The translations under genes were made by a program, and so were the position numbers. This document shows, in pieces, positions 39,700 to 49,380 of a stretch of DNA of 64,000 bases. The stretch is from Planctomycetota bacterium (GTDB lineage: Bacteria; Planctomycetota; UBA1135; UBA2386): NCBI GenBank assembly GCA_046290465.1, contig JBKAGP010000001.1, positions 704,001-768,000 on the forward strand. Reading direction: 5' to 3'. The notes below the pieces were generated by a model. It searched no databases. It had not been told where the DNA came from and saw only the letters and a list, made by a program, of their open reading frames with translations. Position 1 is the stretch's first letter; every line of letters begins with the position of its first letter.

Positions 39700-39820
39700 G
39701 CTCTACGTGGTGCGGGCCGTCTTGCCACTTGCGCCTGCGGACTCTGCGGGATGGTCGGGTCGGCCGGACCTGGCGCGGTTCCTCGGCGACACCTTCGCGA
39801 TCGGGCAACCATCCAGAAGA

Positions 39821-39897
39821 TGGTGGGCGTTATAGGATTCGAACCTATGACCCTCAGCTTGTCGAGCTGATGCTCTAGCCAACTGAGCTAAACGCCC
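39821..39897 (-). tRNA. tRNA-Val (GAC), CCA encoded
   Basis: GGGCGTT/AACGCCC acceptor stem, GCTC/GAGC D stem, TCAGC-TCGACAA-GCTGA anticodon arm, GGTTCGAATCC T arm, ACCA end. Confidence 0.96.
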
Positions 39898-39913
39898 CGT
39901 TCGCGAGGCGAGG

Positions 39914-39942
39914 ACTATGCCCGACCCGTCGGCAGCGCGCAA
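39914..39942 (-). promoter_or_regulatory. Putative sigma70 promoter of tRNA-Val
   Basis: Minus strand TTGCGC-N17-CATAGT upstream of the tRNA. Confidence 0.5.
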
Positions 39943-40052
39943 GCGCTTTCTTCGCGTCGTCCTCATCGAACTGAGACCGAACGCGGGCGTCGCGCCCTTG
40001 CTGCGGTAGGCTTCTCGGTAGCCCAGCCGCCGGCAAGCCGGTGGCGCTCGCC

Positions 40053-40691
40053 ATGCTCGCTGCCTCCGACGACATGTCTGCCGCCCTCGCACGTTCGGTG
40101 CCATTGCCGCGTCCTGCGCACGGGCAGGCGTCGCGCGTGCAGATCGGGCGCGCCGAGCTGGTGCTCGAGAACCGGCGCGGCAGCTACTCGCTGCTGTGGT
40201 CCGACGGACGGCAAGCGCGTCGCTACGTGCTCGGTCTCAGCGGCACCGGCCAGCTGCAGGTCGAGCTGCGTGCGCCGCGGCTGCCGCTGGTGCTGGTGCC
40301 GCGCGAAGTGCTGACGGTCGTGCCCGGCGCGCGTCTGCGTGGCTACCTCACCGTGCCGCTGGTGCCGACGCTGGTCTGGCGCGATGGCCTGGCGCAGCCG
40401 CAGACGTTGCTCGAACTGCTGCCCAAGGGGCTGCAGGGGGTCTGGGACGAGCAGCGCGGCCACGCGTTCCGTTGTGGCGCGAGCTGGCTGACGCGGTTCC
40501 CGTTCCAGACCGGCGAGCCGCAGTGCGTCGTGCCGCTGCGGCTGGTCAACGATGGCGCGCAGCCAGCGTGTCCGGCGCAGCTCGACGTGCACATCGGCGA
40601 CGACGACCTGGTTGAACTTCGCGGCACGATCGTGGTGCGGCCGCAGCGGCTGCGCTTCGACGAGCGCGGCGACGAGGAGGACGACGCGTGA
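40053..40691 (+). CDS. Hypothetical protein, possibly DUF432-like
   Basis: 'PRLPLVLVPREVLTVVPGARLRGYLTVP' recalls DUF432; overlaps the next gene (GTGA). Confidence 0.5.
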   Translation: MLAASDDMSAALARSVPLPRPAHGQASRVQIGRAELVLENRRGSYSLLWSDGRQARRYVLGLSGTGQLQVELRAPRLPLVLVPREVLTVVPGARLRGYLTVPLVPTLVWRDGLAQPQTLLELLPKGLQGVWDEQRGHAFRCGASWLTRFPFQTGEPQCVVPLRLVNDGAQPACPAQLDVHIGDDDLVELRGTIVVRPQRLRFDERGDEEDDA

Positions 40692-42250
40692 GCGGTCGGC
40701 TGCGCAGTGGGCTGGTGGGGGGAGCTGTGGCGCTGGTCGCAGCGGCGTGCGCGCCCGACACCGACACGCGCGAACTGCTGCTCGCGATGCAGGCGCAGAA
40801 CCAGGCGATGCAGGCGCAGAGCAAGCTGCTGCAGCAGCAGCTCGATCGCCCTTCGTTGCAGAACGCGCCGGCTGAGCTGGTGACGACGGCGATGGCGCCG
40901 ATGCAGGAGGTGCTGGTCGAGCTCGGCAAGACCCAGCGCACGCTGTCGGAGCGGCAGGCGACGCTGACCCGCGAGATGCGGCAGTGGACCAGGCTGCTGG
41001 TCGAGTCGCGCAACGCCCAGCAGAACGAAGAAGCGGTCGCGCTCGCCGCACGGCTCGAGGCGCTCGAGAAGACCATCCAGGAGCAGGACCAGCGCCACCG
41101 CGAGGTCGAGGAGCTGATGGGCACCGCGCTGACGCGCACCGCCGACCAGCTGCAGAAGTTCCTCGAACGGCTCAACCGCGTGCAGCCCGCACCGGCTGGT
41201 AGCGAACGGCAGCCCGAGACGGGCAACCCTGAGTCGGGCAACCCCGAGACGGGCAACCCCGCGGCCGACAAGTCCGACGCAGGCAAGTCCGACGCAGGCA
41301 AGTCCGACGCAGGCAAGCCCGCGGTGGCAGATCCTGGCCAGGGCGCGCAACGGGCCGCCGCAGAGCAGGGCGACAACGAACGTGAGCAGCAGGCCTCGAT
41401 GTGGCCGCTGTGGGGCGTCGCGCTGCTGGCGATCGCGTCGGGCATCTGGTTGCTGCTGCCGCGCCGTCGCCGGCCCGTTGCGATTGCGCCCGAGATGCAG
41501 GTTCCGGTCGACGACCAGGACGTCGCCGACGCCATCGCGCCCGAGGAGGCCCTGTCGGATCCGGCGCCCGCGTCGACCGACGAGGGCGTCGACGAACCGG
41601 AAGTCGAGGAGCTCTGGACCGCGGCGGCGTTGCTCGGCGAGGCGATCGGCCGCATCAAGCAGTCGGGTGGCACCGTGCCGGCGCAGCTGCAGGCAGCCTT
41701 CGCGCCGCCGTCGATGCCAGCCGAGCCTCCGCCTGCCGAATCGCTCGAGCCGCCGCAGCCGCCGTTCGCCGAATCAGGCGGGTGGGGGAGCGAGCCCGCA
41801 GCGCCGGCCGCATCGCCGCGCGACGACGACACGCAGCCGAGCGCTCCCGAGGTTCCGTCCGAGCACGAGGTCGATCTCGACGACTACTTCGTGATCGACG
41901 AGCACGACGAGGTCGAGGACGACTTCTTCGCGCGGGGGAGCGACGTGCCGCCGCCGCCACCGATCGAACCGCAGCCGGCCGCGCCGCCGGTGCGCCCGTC
42001 GGTGTCGGAGCCGCCCGTGGCGGTGCCGCGGCCGGACTCGATCACGTGCCGGCTGCCGGCCGACGACGTCGCCGCGGCGGCGGGCCAGATCCTGGACCTG
42101 CTGGGCGCGGATCCGCGGGTGCTGGTGCAGCCGGCACCGCGCGTCGAGCGCCGCAGCGACGCCGTCGAGGTGTCGTTCTCGCTGCTGCCGGACCTGCCGG
42201 CCGGCGAACGGGCCCTGCTCGAGCAGCGGCTGCGCGACGCGTCGTTCTGA
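40688..42250 (+). CDS. Putative lipoprotein with coiled coil, internal TM helix and acidic Pro-rich tail
   Basis: LVAAAC lipobox-like signal; Q/E/L/R coiled coil; WPLWGVALLAIASGIWLLL-PRRRR TM; acidic disordered region. Confidence 0.72.
   Translation: MSGRLRSGLVGGAVALVAAACAPDTDTRELLLAMQAQNQAMQAQSKLLQQQLDRPSLQNAPAELVTTAMAPMQEVLVELGKTQRTLSERQATLTREMRQWTRLLVESRNAQQNEEAVALAARLEALEKTIQEQDQRHREVEELMGTALTRTADQLQKFLERLNRVQPAPAGSERQPETGNPESGNPETGNPAADKSDAGKSDAGKSDAGKPAVADPGQGAQRAAAEQGDNEREQQASMWPLWGVALLAIASGIWLLLPRRRRPVAIAPEMQVPVDDQDVADAIAPEEALSDPAPASTDEGVDEPEVEELWTAAALLGEAIGRIKQSGGTVPAQLQAAFAPPSMPAEPPPAESLEPPQPPFAESGGWGSEPAAPAASPRDDDTQPSAPEVPSEHEVDLDDYFVIDEHDEVEDDFFARGSDVPPPPPIEPQPAAPPVRPSVSEPPVAVPRPDSITCRLPADDVAAAAGQILDLLGADPRVLVQPAPRVERRSDAVEVSFSLLPDLPAGERALLEQRLRDASF
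41213..41317 (+). repeat. Two in-frame 15-bp tandem arrays (PETGN x3; KSDAG x3)
   Basis: CCCGAGACGGGCAAC-type x3 at 41213-41257; CAAGTCCGACGCAGG x3 perfect at 41269-41313. Confidence 0.9.
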
Positions 42251-42391
42251 GGGCGCGTGCCCGGCCGGTATCGGGCCGGCGGCGGGCGCCCCGCCGCGCT
42301 TTGCGTGCTCACCGCGGGATCGCGCTCGCGGTCGGGCCCGGGCCTCGCTATCGTCCTGGCCCAAATCCCGCTGCAGAGAGAACCGCAAGCA

Positions 42392-43498
<1,107 letters not shown>

Positions 43499-43511
43499 TC
43501 CGCTGCACGCC

Positions 43512-44372
43512 GTGATCGCGCAGCTCGGTGGTGCGGAACTGGGCGATGGTGCCCAGCTGGGGTGGTTCGAGGCGACCGTTCTCGGCATCGTCGAAGGGCT
43601 GACCGAGTTCCTGCCGGTCTCGAGCACCGGCCACCTGATCGTCGCCCAGCGCATGCTCGGGATCGGCGACGGCGAGACCGCCAACGCATTTGCGATCGGC
43701 ATCCAGATCGGCGCCATCACCGCGATCCTGGTGCTCTACTGGCGACGGCTGTTCGACGCGCTGAAGACGGTCGCGACGCCGACTCGCGGCAAGCCCAACC
43801 TGCTGTGGCAAATCTTCGTCGCCGCGATCCCGGCGGTGGTGGTGGGGCTGTTGTTCGAGGACCTGATCGACGAGTACCTGTTCTCGTCGACGGTCGTCGC
43901 AATCACGCTGGTGGTCGGCGGCGTGCTGCTGATCGTGCTCGAGCGCTACCTCAAGTCGCGGCCGCCGCGCATCGACGCGTTGCCGCAGATGTCCTACCGC
44001 GCGGCGTTCCTGATCGGGCTGTGGCAGTGCCTCGCGCTGGTGCCCGGCACCAGTCGGTCGGGGGCGACGATCGGTGGGGCGCTGGTGCTCGGCATGTCGC
44101 GCACCGCCGCCGCCGAGTTCTCGTTCCTGGTCGGGCTGCCGATCCTCTACGGCGCTTCGCTCTACAAGCTGTTCAAGGTGCGTGAGACGCTCGACGGCAA
44201 CATGCTGGCGCCGTTCGCGATCGGTACGGCGGTGTCGTTCGTGGCCGCGATCGCGGTGGTCCAACCGTTCGTCGCGTTCCTGCGGCGCCACGACTTCGTG
44301 CCGTTCGCGTGGTACCGGATCGTGGTCGGCGCGGCGTTGTTGGTGCTGATCGCGGTCGGCTACCTCGAGTAG
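43512..44372 (+). CDS. uppP: Undecaprenyl-diphosphate phosphatase
   Basis: GIVEGLTEFLPVSSTGHL, PGTSRSGATI, AAEFSF, FAWYRI. Confidence 0.96.
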   Translation: MIAQLGGAELGDGAQLGWFEATVLGIVEGLTEFLPVSSTGHLIVAQRMLGIGDGETANAFAIGIQIGAITAILVLYWRRLFDALKTVATPTRGKPNLLWQIFVAAIPAVVVGLLFEDLIDEYLFSSTVVAITLVVGGVLLIVLERYLKSRPPRIDALPQMSYRAAFLIGLWQCLALVPGTSRSGATIGGALVLGMSRTAAAEFSFLVGLPILYGASLYKLFKVRETLDGNMLAPFAIGTAVSFVAAIAVVQPFVAFLRRHDFVPFAWYRIVVGAALLVLIAVGYLE

Positions 44373-44758
44373 CCGAGCTGCCGGACGATCAGCAGCACTT
44401 CGCTCCAGCTCGGGAACGGCCGGCCGTGCTGCTGCTTGAACGCGTCGATCGCGGCGATGAACTCGAGCACGTCGGCGTCGACCTCGGCCATCGTCGGCGC
44501 GGCGCGCTCCGGCTCGTTGGCCTTGGCCTTGCTCGCCTTGGCAGCCTGCTTCGAGCTGGTTCCCTTCGCGGGGGCAGCCTTGGTGGTCGTACCCTTCGCG
44601 TTGGCAGCCGTCTTGCGAGCCGGCTTCTTCGGAGTGGTGGTGCTCCGGGCCTTGCCGGCGGCAGACCGGCCGGCTTTGCTGCCAGCCTTGCTGCTGGCCT
44701 TCTTGGAGGCCTTCTTGCCGGCCTTCTTGCTGGCCTTGTTCTTGGTAGCGATCGCCAT
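44360..44758 (-). CDS. Histone H1-like Lys/Ala-rich protein with C-terminal RPFPxWSEVL domain
   Basis: KKAS/KKAG repeats; C-terminal EFIAAIDAFKQQHGRPFPSWSEVL..LGY; AAGGAGG lies in the upstream mtnA end. Confidence 0.8.
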   Translation of the reverse strand: MAIATKNKASKKAGKKASKKASSKAGSKAGRSAAGKARSTTTPKKPARKTAANAKGTTTKAAPAKGTSSKQAAKASKAKANEPERAAPTMAEVDADVLEFIAAIDAFKQQHGRPFPSWSEVLLIVRQLGYSR

Positions 44759-44768
44759 GGCAACCGGG

Positions 44769-45812
44769 TCATCGGCTGCCGACCATCGCCTCCTTGATAT
44801 TGGCGACGAACGGCGGCCGCAGCACGCCGATGTCGGTCACGATCCCGGCGACCAGCTGGTGCGGCGTCACGTCGAACGCCGGATTGCGGGCGCCGACGCC
44901 GGGCGGTGCGATCGGCAGGCCGTGCAGCGCCGTGACCTCGGTGGCATCGCGTTCTTCGATCGGGATGGCGTCTCCGTCGAAGAGGTCCATGTCGAACGTC
45001 GACAGCGGCGCGGCGCAGTAGAACGGCACGTTGGCGGCCGCGCATGCGAGCGCCAGCGGGTAGGTGCCGACCTTGTTGGCGAAGTCGCCGTTGCTGGCGA
45101 TGCGGTCGGCGCCGACGACGACCATCTGGACCTCGCCCTTGCGGATCAGGCCGGGCCCGGCGCCGTCGACGAGCACGCGCACCGGGATGCCCTCGCGATG
45201 CAGTTCGAGCGCCGTCAGCCGTGCGCCCTGCAGCAGCGGGCGGGTCTCGTCGGCGAGCACGTCGAAGCGGCGGCCCTGCCGCCAGGCCGCGAACAGCACC
45301 GCGAGGGCGGTGCCGTCGCCGGCGGTCGCCAGCCGGCCGGCGTTGCAGTGCGTCAGCACCGTGCCGCCCTCGGGCACCAGCGCCGCGCCGTGCTCGCCGA
45401 TGCCGCGCGCCATCGCCTCCTCGTCGGTGTGGATGCTGGCCGCCTCTCGGAACAGCGTGCGCAGGCTCGGGTCTCGCTGCACCGCCGCGACGCAGCGGTC
45501 GAGCGCCCAGCGCAGGTTGACCGCGGTCGGGCGCGCCGCGAACAGCCGGGCCGCGACGTCGCGCGTCGTCTGCACGAACGCGTCGGGCATCGGGTTGAGC
45601 TGGCGCACCCCGAGCACCAGCCCGTAGCCGGCCGCGACGCCGATCGCCGGTGCGCCGCGCACGCACAGTCGGTAGATGGCGTCGATGACGCCGTCGACGT
45701 CGCGCAGCTGCAGCACCTCTTCGTGGTGCGGCAGGCGGGTCTGGTCGAGCAGCTCGAGGTGGCCGTCGAGCTCCCCGACCCAGCGGATCGTCGGCGGCAG
45801 CGGGTGGCTCAT
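44769..45812 (-). CDS. mtnA: S-methyl-5-thioribose-1-phosphate isomerase
   Basis: LDQTRLP, VRGAPAIG, RPTAVNL, LTHCNAG, ETRPLLQGARLT, GADRIA, NKVGTY, NPAFDVTP. Confidence 0.96.
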   Translation of the reverse strand: MSHPLPPTIRWVGELDGHLELLDQTRLPHHEEVLQLRDVDGVIDAIYRLCVRGAPAIGVAAGYGLVLGVRQLNPMPDAFVQTTRDVAARLFAARPTAVNLRWALDRCVAAVQRDPSLRTLFREAASIHTDEEAMARGIGEHGAALVPEGGTVLTHCNAGRLATAGDGTALAVLFAAWRQGRRFDVLADETRPLLQGARLTALELHREGIPVRVLVDGAGPGLIRKGEVQMVVVGADRIASNGDFANKVGTYPLALACAAANVPFYCAAPLSTFDMDLFDGDAIPIEERDATEVTALHGLPIAPPGVGARNPAFDVTPHQLVAGIVTDIGVLRPPFVANIKEAMVGSR

Positions 45813-46687
45813 CGGGTCAGGCGCTCCTGGATCTCCTGGTAGGTGCGGGCGGTCGACGCGACCACGTCGGCCGGCAGCGGCGGCGGCGGGGGAGCCTTGT
45901 CCCAGTCCTGCTGCAGCAGCCAGTTGCGCAGATGCTGCTTGTCGAACTGCTTCGGCTTGCCGCCGGGCGTGACCTCGTGCTTCGGCCAGAACCGGCTCGA
46001 GTCCGGCGTCAGGCACTCGTCGATCAGCATCAGTTCGCCTTCGTGCAGGCCGAACTCGAACTTGGTGTCGGCGATCACGATGCCGCGTTCGTTGGCGTGC
46101 TCGTTGCCCTTGGTGTAGAGCGCGATCGCGACGTCGCGGGCGCGCTCGGCGAGCTCGCGGCCGACCAGTTCGACCACGCGCTCGAAGTCGATCGGCTCGT
46201 CGTGGCCGCTGTCGGCCTTGGTCGACGGGGTCAGGATCGGTTGCTCGAAGCGGCTGGCGTGCTGCAGGCCGGCCGGCAGCGCCACGCCGCTGACCGCGCC
46301 CTCGCGCTGGTAGTCGAGCCAGCCAGAACCGGTCAGGTAGCCGCGCACGACCCACTCGACCGGCAGCGGCTCGCAGCGGCGGCAGCGCATCGCGCGGCCG
46401 CGCAGCGCGTCGCGGTATTCGGCCGGCACCTCCGGCCACGCGTCGACGTCGGTCGACAGCATGTGGTTGGGCACCACGTCGCGCAGCCGGTCGAGCCAGA
46501 ACGCGGTGGTCTCGGTCAGCACCCGGCCCTTGCCCGGGATGCCTTCGGCCATCACGACGTCGAACGCCGAGATGCGGTCGGTGGCGACCAGCAGCAGGTC
46601 GTCGCCGAGCGTGTAGATCTCGCGGACCTTGCCGCGCCCGAGACACTCGGTGAAGGGGAGGTCGAGTGCGAGTACCGCGTCGTTCAC
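45809..46687 (-). CDS. purC: Phosphoribosylaminoimidazole-succinocarboxamide synthase
   Basis: GKVREIY, TDRISAFD, VRGYLTGSGW, TPSTKA, ADTKFEFG, DECLTPDSSRFW. Confidence 0.97.
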   Translation of the reverse strand: MNDAVLALDLPFTECLGRGKVREIYTLGDDLLLVATDRISAFDVVMAEGIPGKGRVLTETTAFWLDRLRDVVPNHMLSTDVDAWPEVPAEYRDALRGRAMRCRRCEPLPVEWVVRGYLTGSGWLDYQREGAVSGVALPAGLQHASRFEQPILTPSTKADSGHDEPIDFERVVELVGRELAERARDVAIALYTKGNEHANERGIVIADTKFEFGLHEGELMLIDECLTPDSSRFWPKHEVTPGGKPKQFDKQHLRNWLLQQDWDKAPPPPPLPADVVASTARTYQEIQERLTR

Positions 46688-46730
46688 GGGGCCATCATGA
46701 AGGTTGGGGCGGCCCCGCGGCAAGCGTCGG

Positions 46731-47921
46731 CTACGGCGCGTCGGCCTGGCGCACGCCGAAGCCGAAGTTCAGCTCCGGGATGTTGTTGGGGCGCAGCTCC
46801 TCGAAGTCGTCGACGAACGCGAACGAGTTGTAGCTCTTGTCGATCGCCGCGAACCAGGTCTCGTTGGTGCCGCTGATGCTGATCGTCAGGCCGCCGTCGG
46901 CCGCCAGCGAGTAGGTACCGATGTACGAGAAGTCGGCGCCGGTGTTGCCGGTCGCGTCGAGGCGGAAGCCGCCCTGCGGCGTCAGCGTGACCGTGCCGAT
47001 GAACGAGTCCGAGCCCGAGTTGCTCGGGTTGACGAACAGCGTGTGGCCGCCGACCAGGAACGTGCCGGGCACGCGCACCGAGTCGACCGGGGTCGTCGGC
47101 GCGTCGAACTTGCGGATCATCGTGAGCAGCCCGGCCTCGCCGTCGCCGCTGTTCTCGTCGACGCCGAAGATCACGTTCTCGGTGCCGGCCGACTCGATGA
47201 TGCGCGCGTCGGCGGCCTGGCCGGTCAGCTGGTAGTCGAGCGTCAGGTTCATCGCGCCGGTGCCGTTGTTCTCGGCGTCCAGCAGGTTCTGGATGGTGCC
47301 GCCGAACGTCAGCGCCGACGTGCCCTGGAAGCCGGTGCCGCTGATGGTGCGCTGCGTGCCCGGCGCGCCGGCAGTGATGCTGACGGCACCGTGGGCGCCG
47401 CGGCCGACGTTGCTCGGCGACAGGATCGTCTGGTCGAACACGACGTGCAGCGACAGCACGTGCCAGGCGCCCTCGAGCTCGACCTGGCCGGTGACCAGGC
47501 GCGTGCCGAAGAACATGCCGATGCGCGGGCTGCCGTTCGACGTGACCCGGTCGGTGAAAAAGTAGTCCGGTTCGTTGGCGACCAGGCCGTAGCCGCCGAG
47601 GAACACCTGCGACGGTTCGTTGCCGCTGCCGGTCACGTAGATCGAGAACGTGCCGTCGTTCTCGAGCGCGTAGCGATCGGCGCCCGACGTGCCCGACGCG
47701 CGCGTGACCGTGTAGGTGCTGTCGTCGAACAGGTTGAGCAGACCGCGGTCCGTCTGCACCGCGTTGGCGGGCACCGGGAACTGGCCGAAGCCGGCGAGGC
47801 TGCGCAGCGCGAACAGGTGGTGCTGGGCGGCGATCTTGACCTCGCTCTGCGGACGGTCCTCCTCGCCGCCTTCGGCGCAGGAGACCAGGAACAGGACGGG
47901 AACGAACCAGAGGGTCTTCAT
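46731..47921 (-). CDS. Beta-rich lipoprotein with internal repeats
   Basis: MKTLWFVPVLFLVS-C lipobox; repeated Y.L..DG...I.(V/I) beta modules. Confidence 0.75.
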   Translation of the reverse strand: MKTLWFVPVLFLVSCAEGGEEDRPQSEVKIAAQHHLFALRSLAGFGQFPVPANAVQTDRGLLNLFDDSTYTVTRASGTSGADRYALENDGTFSIYVTGSGNEPSQVFLGGYGLVANEPDYFFTDRVTSNGSPRIGMFFGTRLVTGQVELEGAWHVLSLHVVFDQTILSPSNVGRGAHGAVSITAGAPGTQRTISGTGFQGTSALTFGGTIQNLLDAENNGTGAMNLTLDYQLTGQAADARIIESAGTENVIFGVDENSGDGEAGLLTMIRKFDAPTTPVDSVRVPGTFLVGGHTLFVNPSNSGSDSFIGTVTLTPQGGFRLDATGNTGADFSYIGTYSLAADGGLTISISGTNETWFAAIDKSYNSFAFVDDFEELRPNNIPELNFGFGVRQADAP

Positions 47922-48145
47922 CAAGGTGGCGGCAGTTTAGAGGCAAACGCCCGGATGCGACACACACCCGGGAGAAGACGCCCGCCGCGCTCGGGCCCGG
48001 ATCGGCGGTTGCGTCGGTGGCGTGGGGGCGTCCGCCGCATCGGAGCCAGGGCGTCGCGCCGTGCAGCGAGGCCGCCAAAACGGTCTGGGACGCGCTCGTG
48101 GCCCGTGCTGGCAAGCGGGCGGGGTTGGCCATACGTTCGCGCGCG

Positions 48146-49189
48146 ATGCGAGCGGCCAAGGTGGGCGGTTGGGTGCTGATCTCGGGGATGGCCGCGTGGT
48201 CGGGCTGCGTCAGCAAACCGCGGCTGCAGGGCCCCCTGCCGGTGCGCAACCAGCACCCGGCGCAGCTGATGGTCCTGCACCTCGATCCGGCCGGCGCCGC
48301 GGTGCTGCCGGCCGGGCAGACCTCTTGGCGCGCGGACCTCGCCTACACCAGCCTGTTTTTGAACGGCAGCAACCCGCAGGGTGCGTGGTTCATGGACGGC
48401 GAGGTGCTGCGGGCCGCGCTCGACGCCAAGGTCGGCCTCGGCGAAGGGCTGCAGCTCGGCCTGCAGCTGCCGTTCGCGCACACCAGCGGCGGCTTCCTCG
48501 ACGACTTCATCATCGACTACCACGACCTGTTCGGATTCCCGGACCAGAACCGCAGCACCAGCCCGAAGGACGAGTTCGTGGTCAACGCCAGCCAGGGCGC
48601 CACGACGGTCTGGTCGAAGCAGGAGAGCGGCGCCGAACTGCTCGACGTGCCGGTGCACCTGGCCTGGCAGCTGCAGCCGCCCGGCGACGAACGGCTCGGG
48701 CTGACGCTGCGCGGCGGCTTCGAGCTGCCGACCGGCGACCAGGACGCCGGCTACGGCAACGGCGAGGTCGACTTCGCGTTCGGCGTCGTCGCCGAGTACC
48801 GCCGCGCCGGCATCGGCTACTCGATGACCGCGCAGCACACGTTCGCCGGCACGCCGCGGCCGTCGCGGGACGTCGGCTTCGCGTGGCAGGACGTCACGTC
48901 GATCGGCGGCGCGATCGAGCTGCCGCTCAGCCAGGACCTGGCCGCGATCGTGCAGGCCGAGTGGGAGACGTCGACGCTGCGCGAGCTGGGGCCGCGGGTC
49001 GCATCGCGCGAACAGCTGTTGCTGTGGGTCGGCGGCCGCTGGAACCCGACGCCGGACTGGGCGGTCGAGATCGGCTTCGGCGAGGACCTGATTGGGCTGG
49101 CGTCGCCGGACTTCACCGCGTGGCTGGCGTTCCAGTGGACGCCGGGCATCGGCTCGCGGGCCGCGGGCGGGCGGCGGCGACCGAGGTGA
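48146..49189 (+). CDS. DUF3187-like outer-membrane beta-barrel protein
   Basis: PLPVRNQHP, GGFLDDFIIDYHDLFG, ELPTGD, GEDL...SPDFT motifs; alternating beta strands. Confidence 0.72.
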   Translation: MRAAKVGGWVLISGMAAWSGCVSKPRLQGPLPVRNQHPAQLMVLHLDPAGAAVLPAGQTSWRADLAYTSLFLNGSNPQGAWFMDGEVLRAALDAKVGLGEGLQLGLQLPFAHTSGGFLDDFIIDYHDLFGFPDQNRSTSPKDEFVVNASQGATTVWSKQESGAELLDVPVHLAWQLQPPGDERLGLTLRGGFELPTGDQDAGYGNGEVDFAFGVVAEYRRAGIGYSMTAQHTFAGTPRPSRDVGFAWQDVTSIGGAIELPLSQDLAAIVQAEWETSTLRELGPRVASREQLLLWVGGRWNPTPDWAVEIGFGEDLIGLASPDFTAWLAFQWTPGIGSRAAGGRRRPR

Positions 49190-49230
49190 TCCCGGTCTCC
49201 CGATCGCGGTCTCCCGATCCCGGGCCTCCC
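49188..49230. repeat. Three tandem copies of a 14-15 bp unit GATCCCGGTCTCCC
   Basis: Begins within the upstream TGA; read directly. Confidence 0.8.
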
Positions 49231-49238
49231 CATCTCGA

Positions 49239-49266
49239 GTTTTACATAACATATCTTATCGGAACA
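49239..49266 (-). other. dif: XerCD dif recombination site (putative chromosome dimer-resolution site)
   Basis: Minus strand TGTTCCGATAA-GATATG-TTATGTAAAAC: 11-6-11 layout matching E. coli GGTGCGCATAA-TGTATA-TTATGTTAAAT; intergenic, AT-rich, between convergent genes. Confidence 0.85.
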
Positions 49267-49380
49267 TGGCGAACGGTCTGCCCACGGAGGAACGGGTCTC
49301 GTTCGGCGCCGCGTTCCGGTTCGTCACGCTGGCCGGCCGGCGCCTGCAGGCGCGCGGCGACAGCCTGGCCGTCGCCGCCG

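Noticed and set aside
45813..46646. Apparent purC-mtnA fusion or long mtnA (625 aa)
   Set aside because: The extension is an alternate frame of purC. The genes are separate with a 4-nt overlap at 45809-45812.
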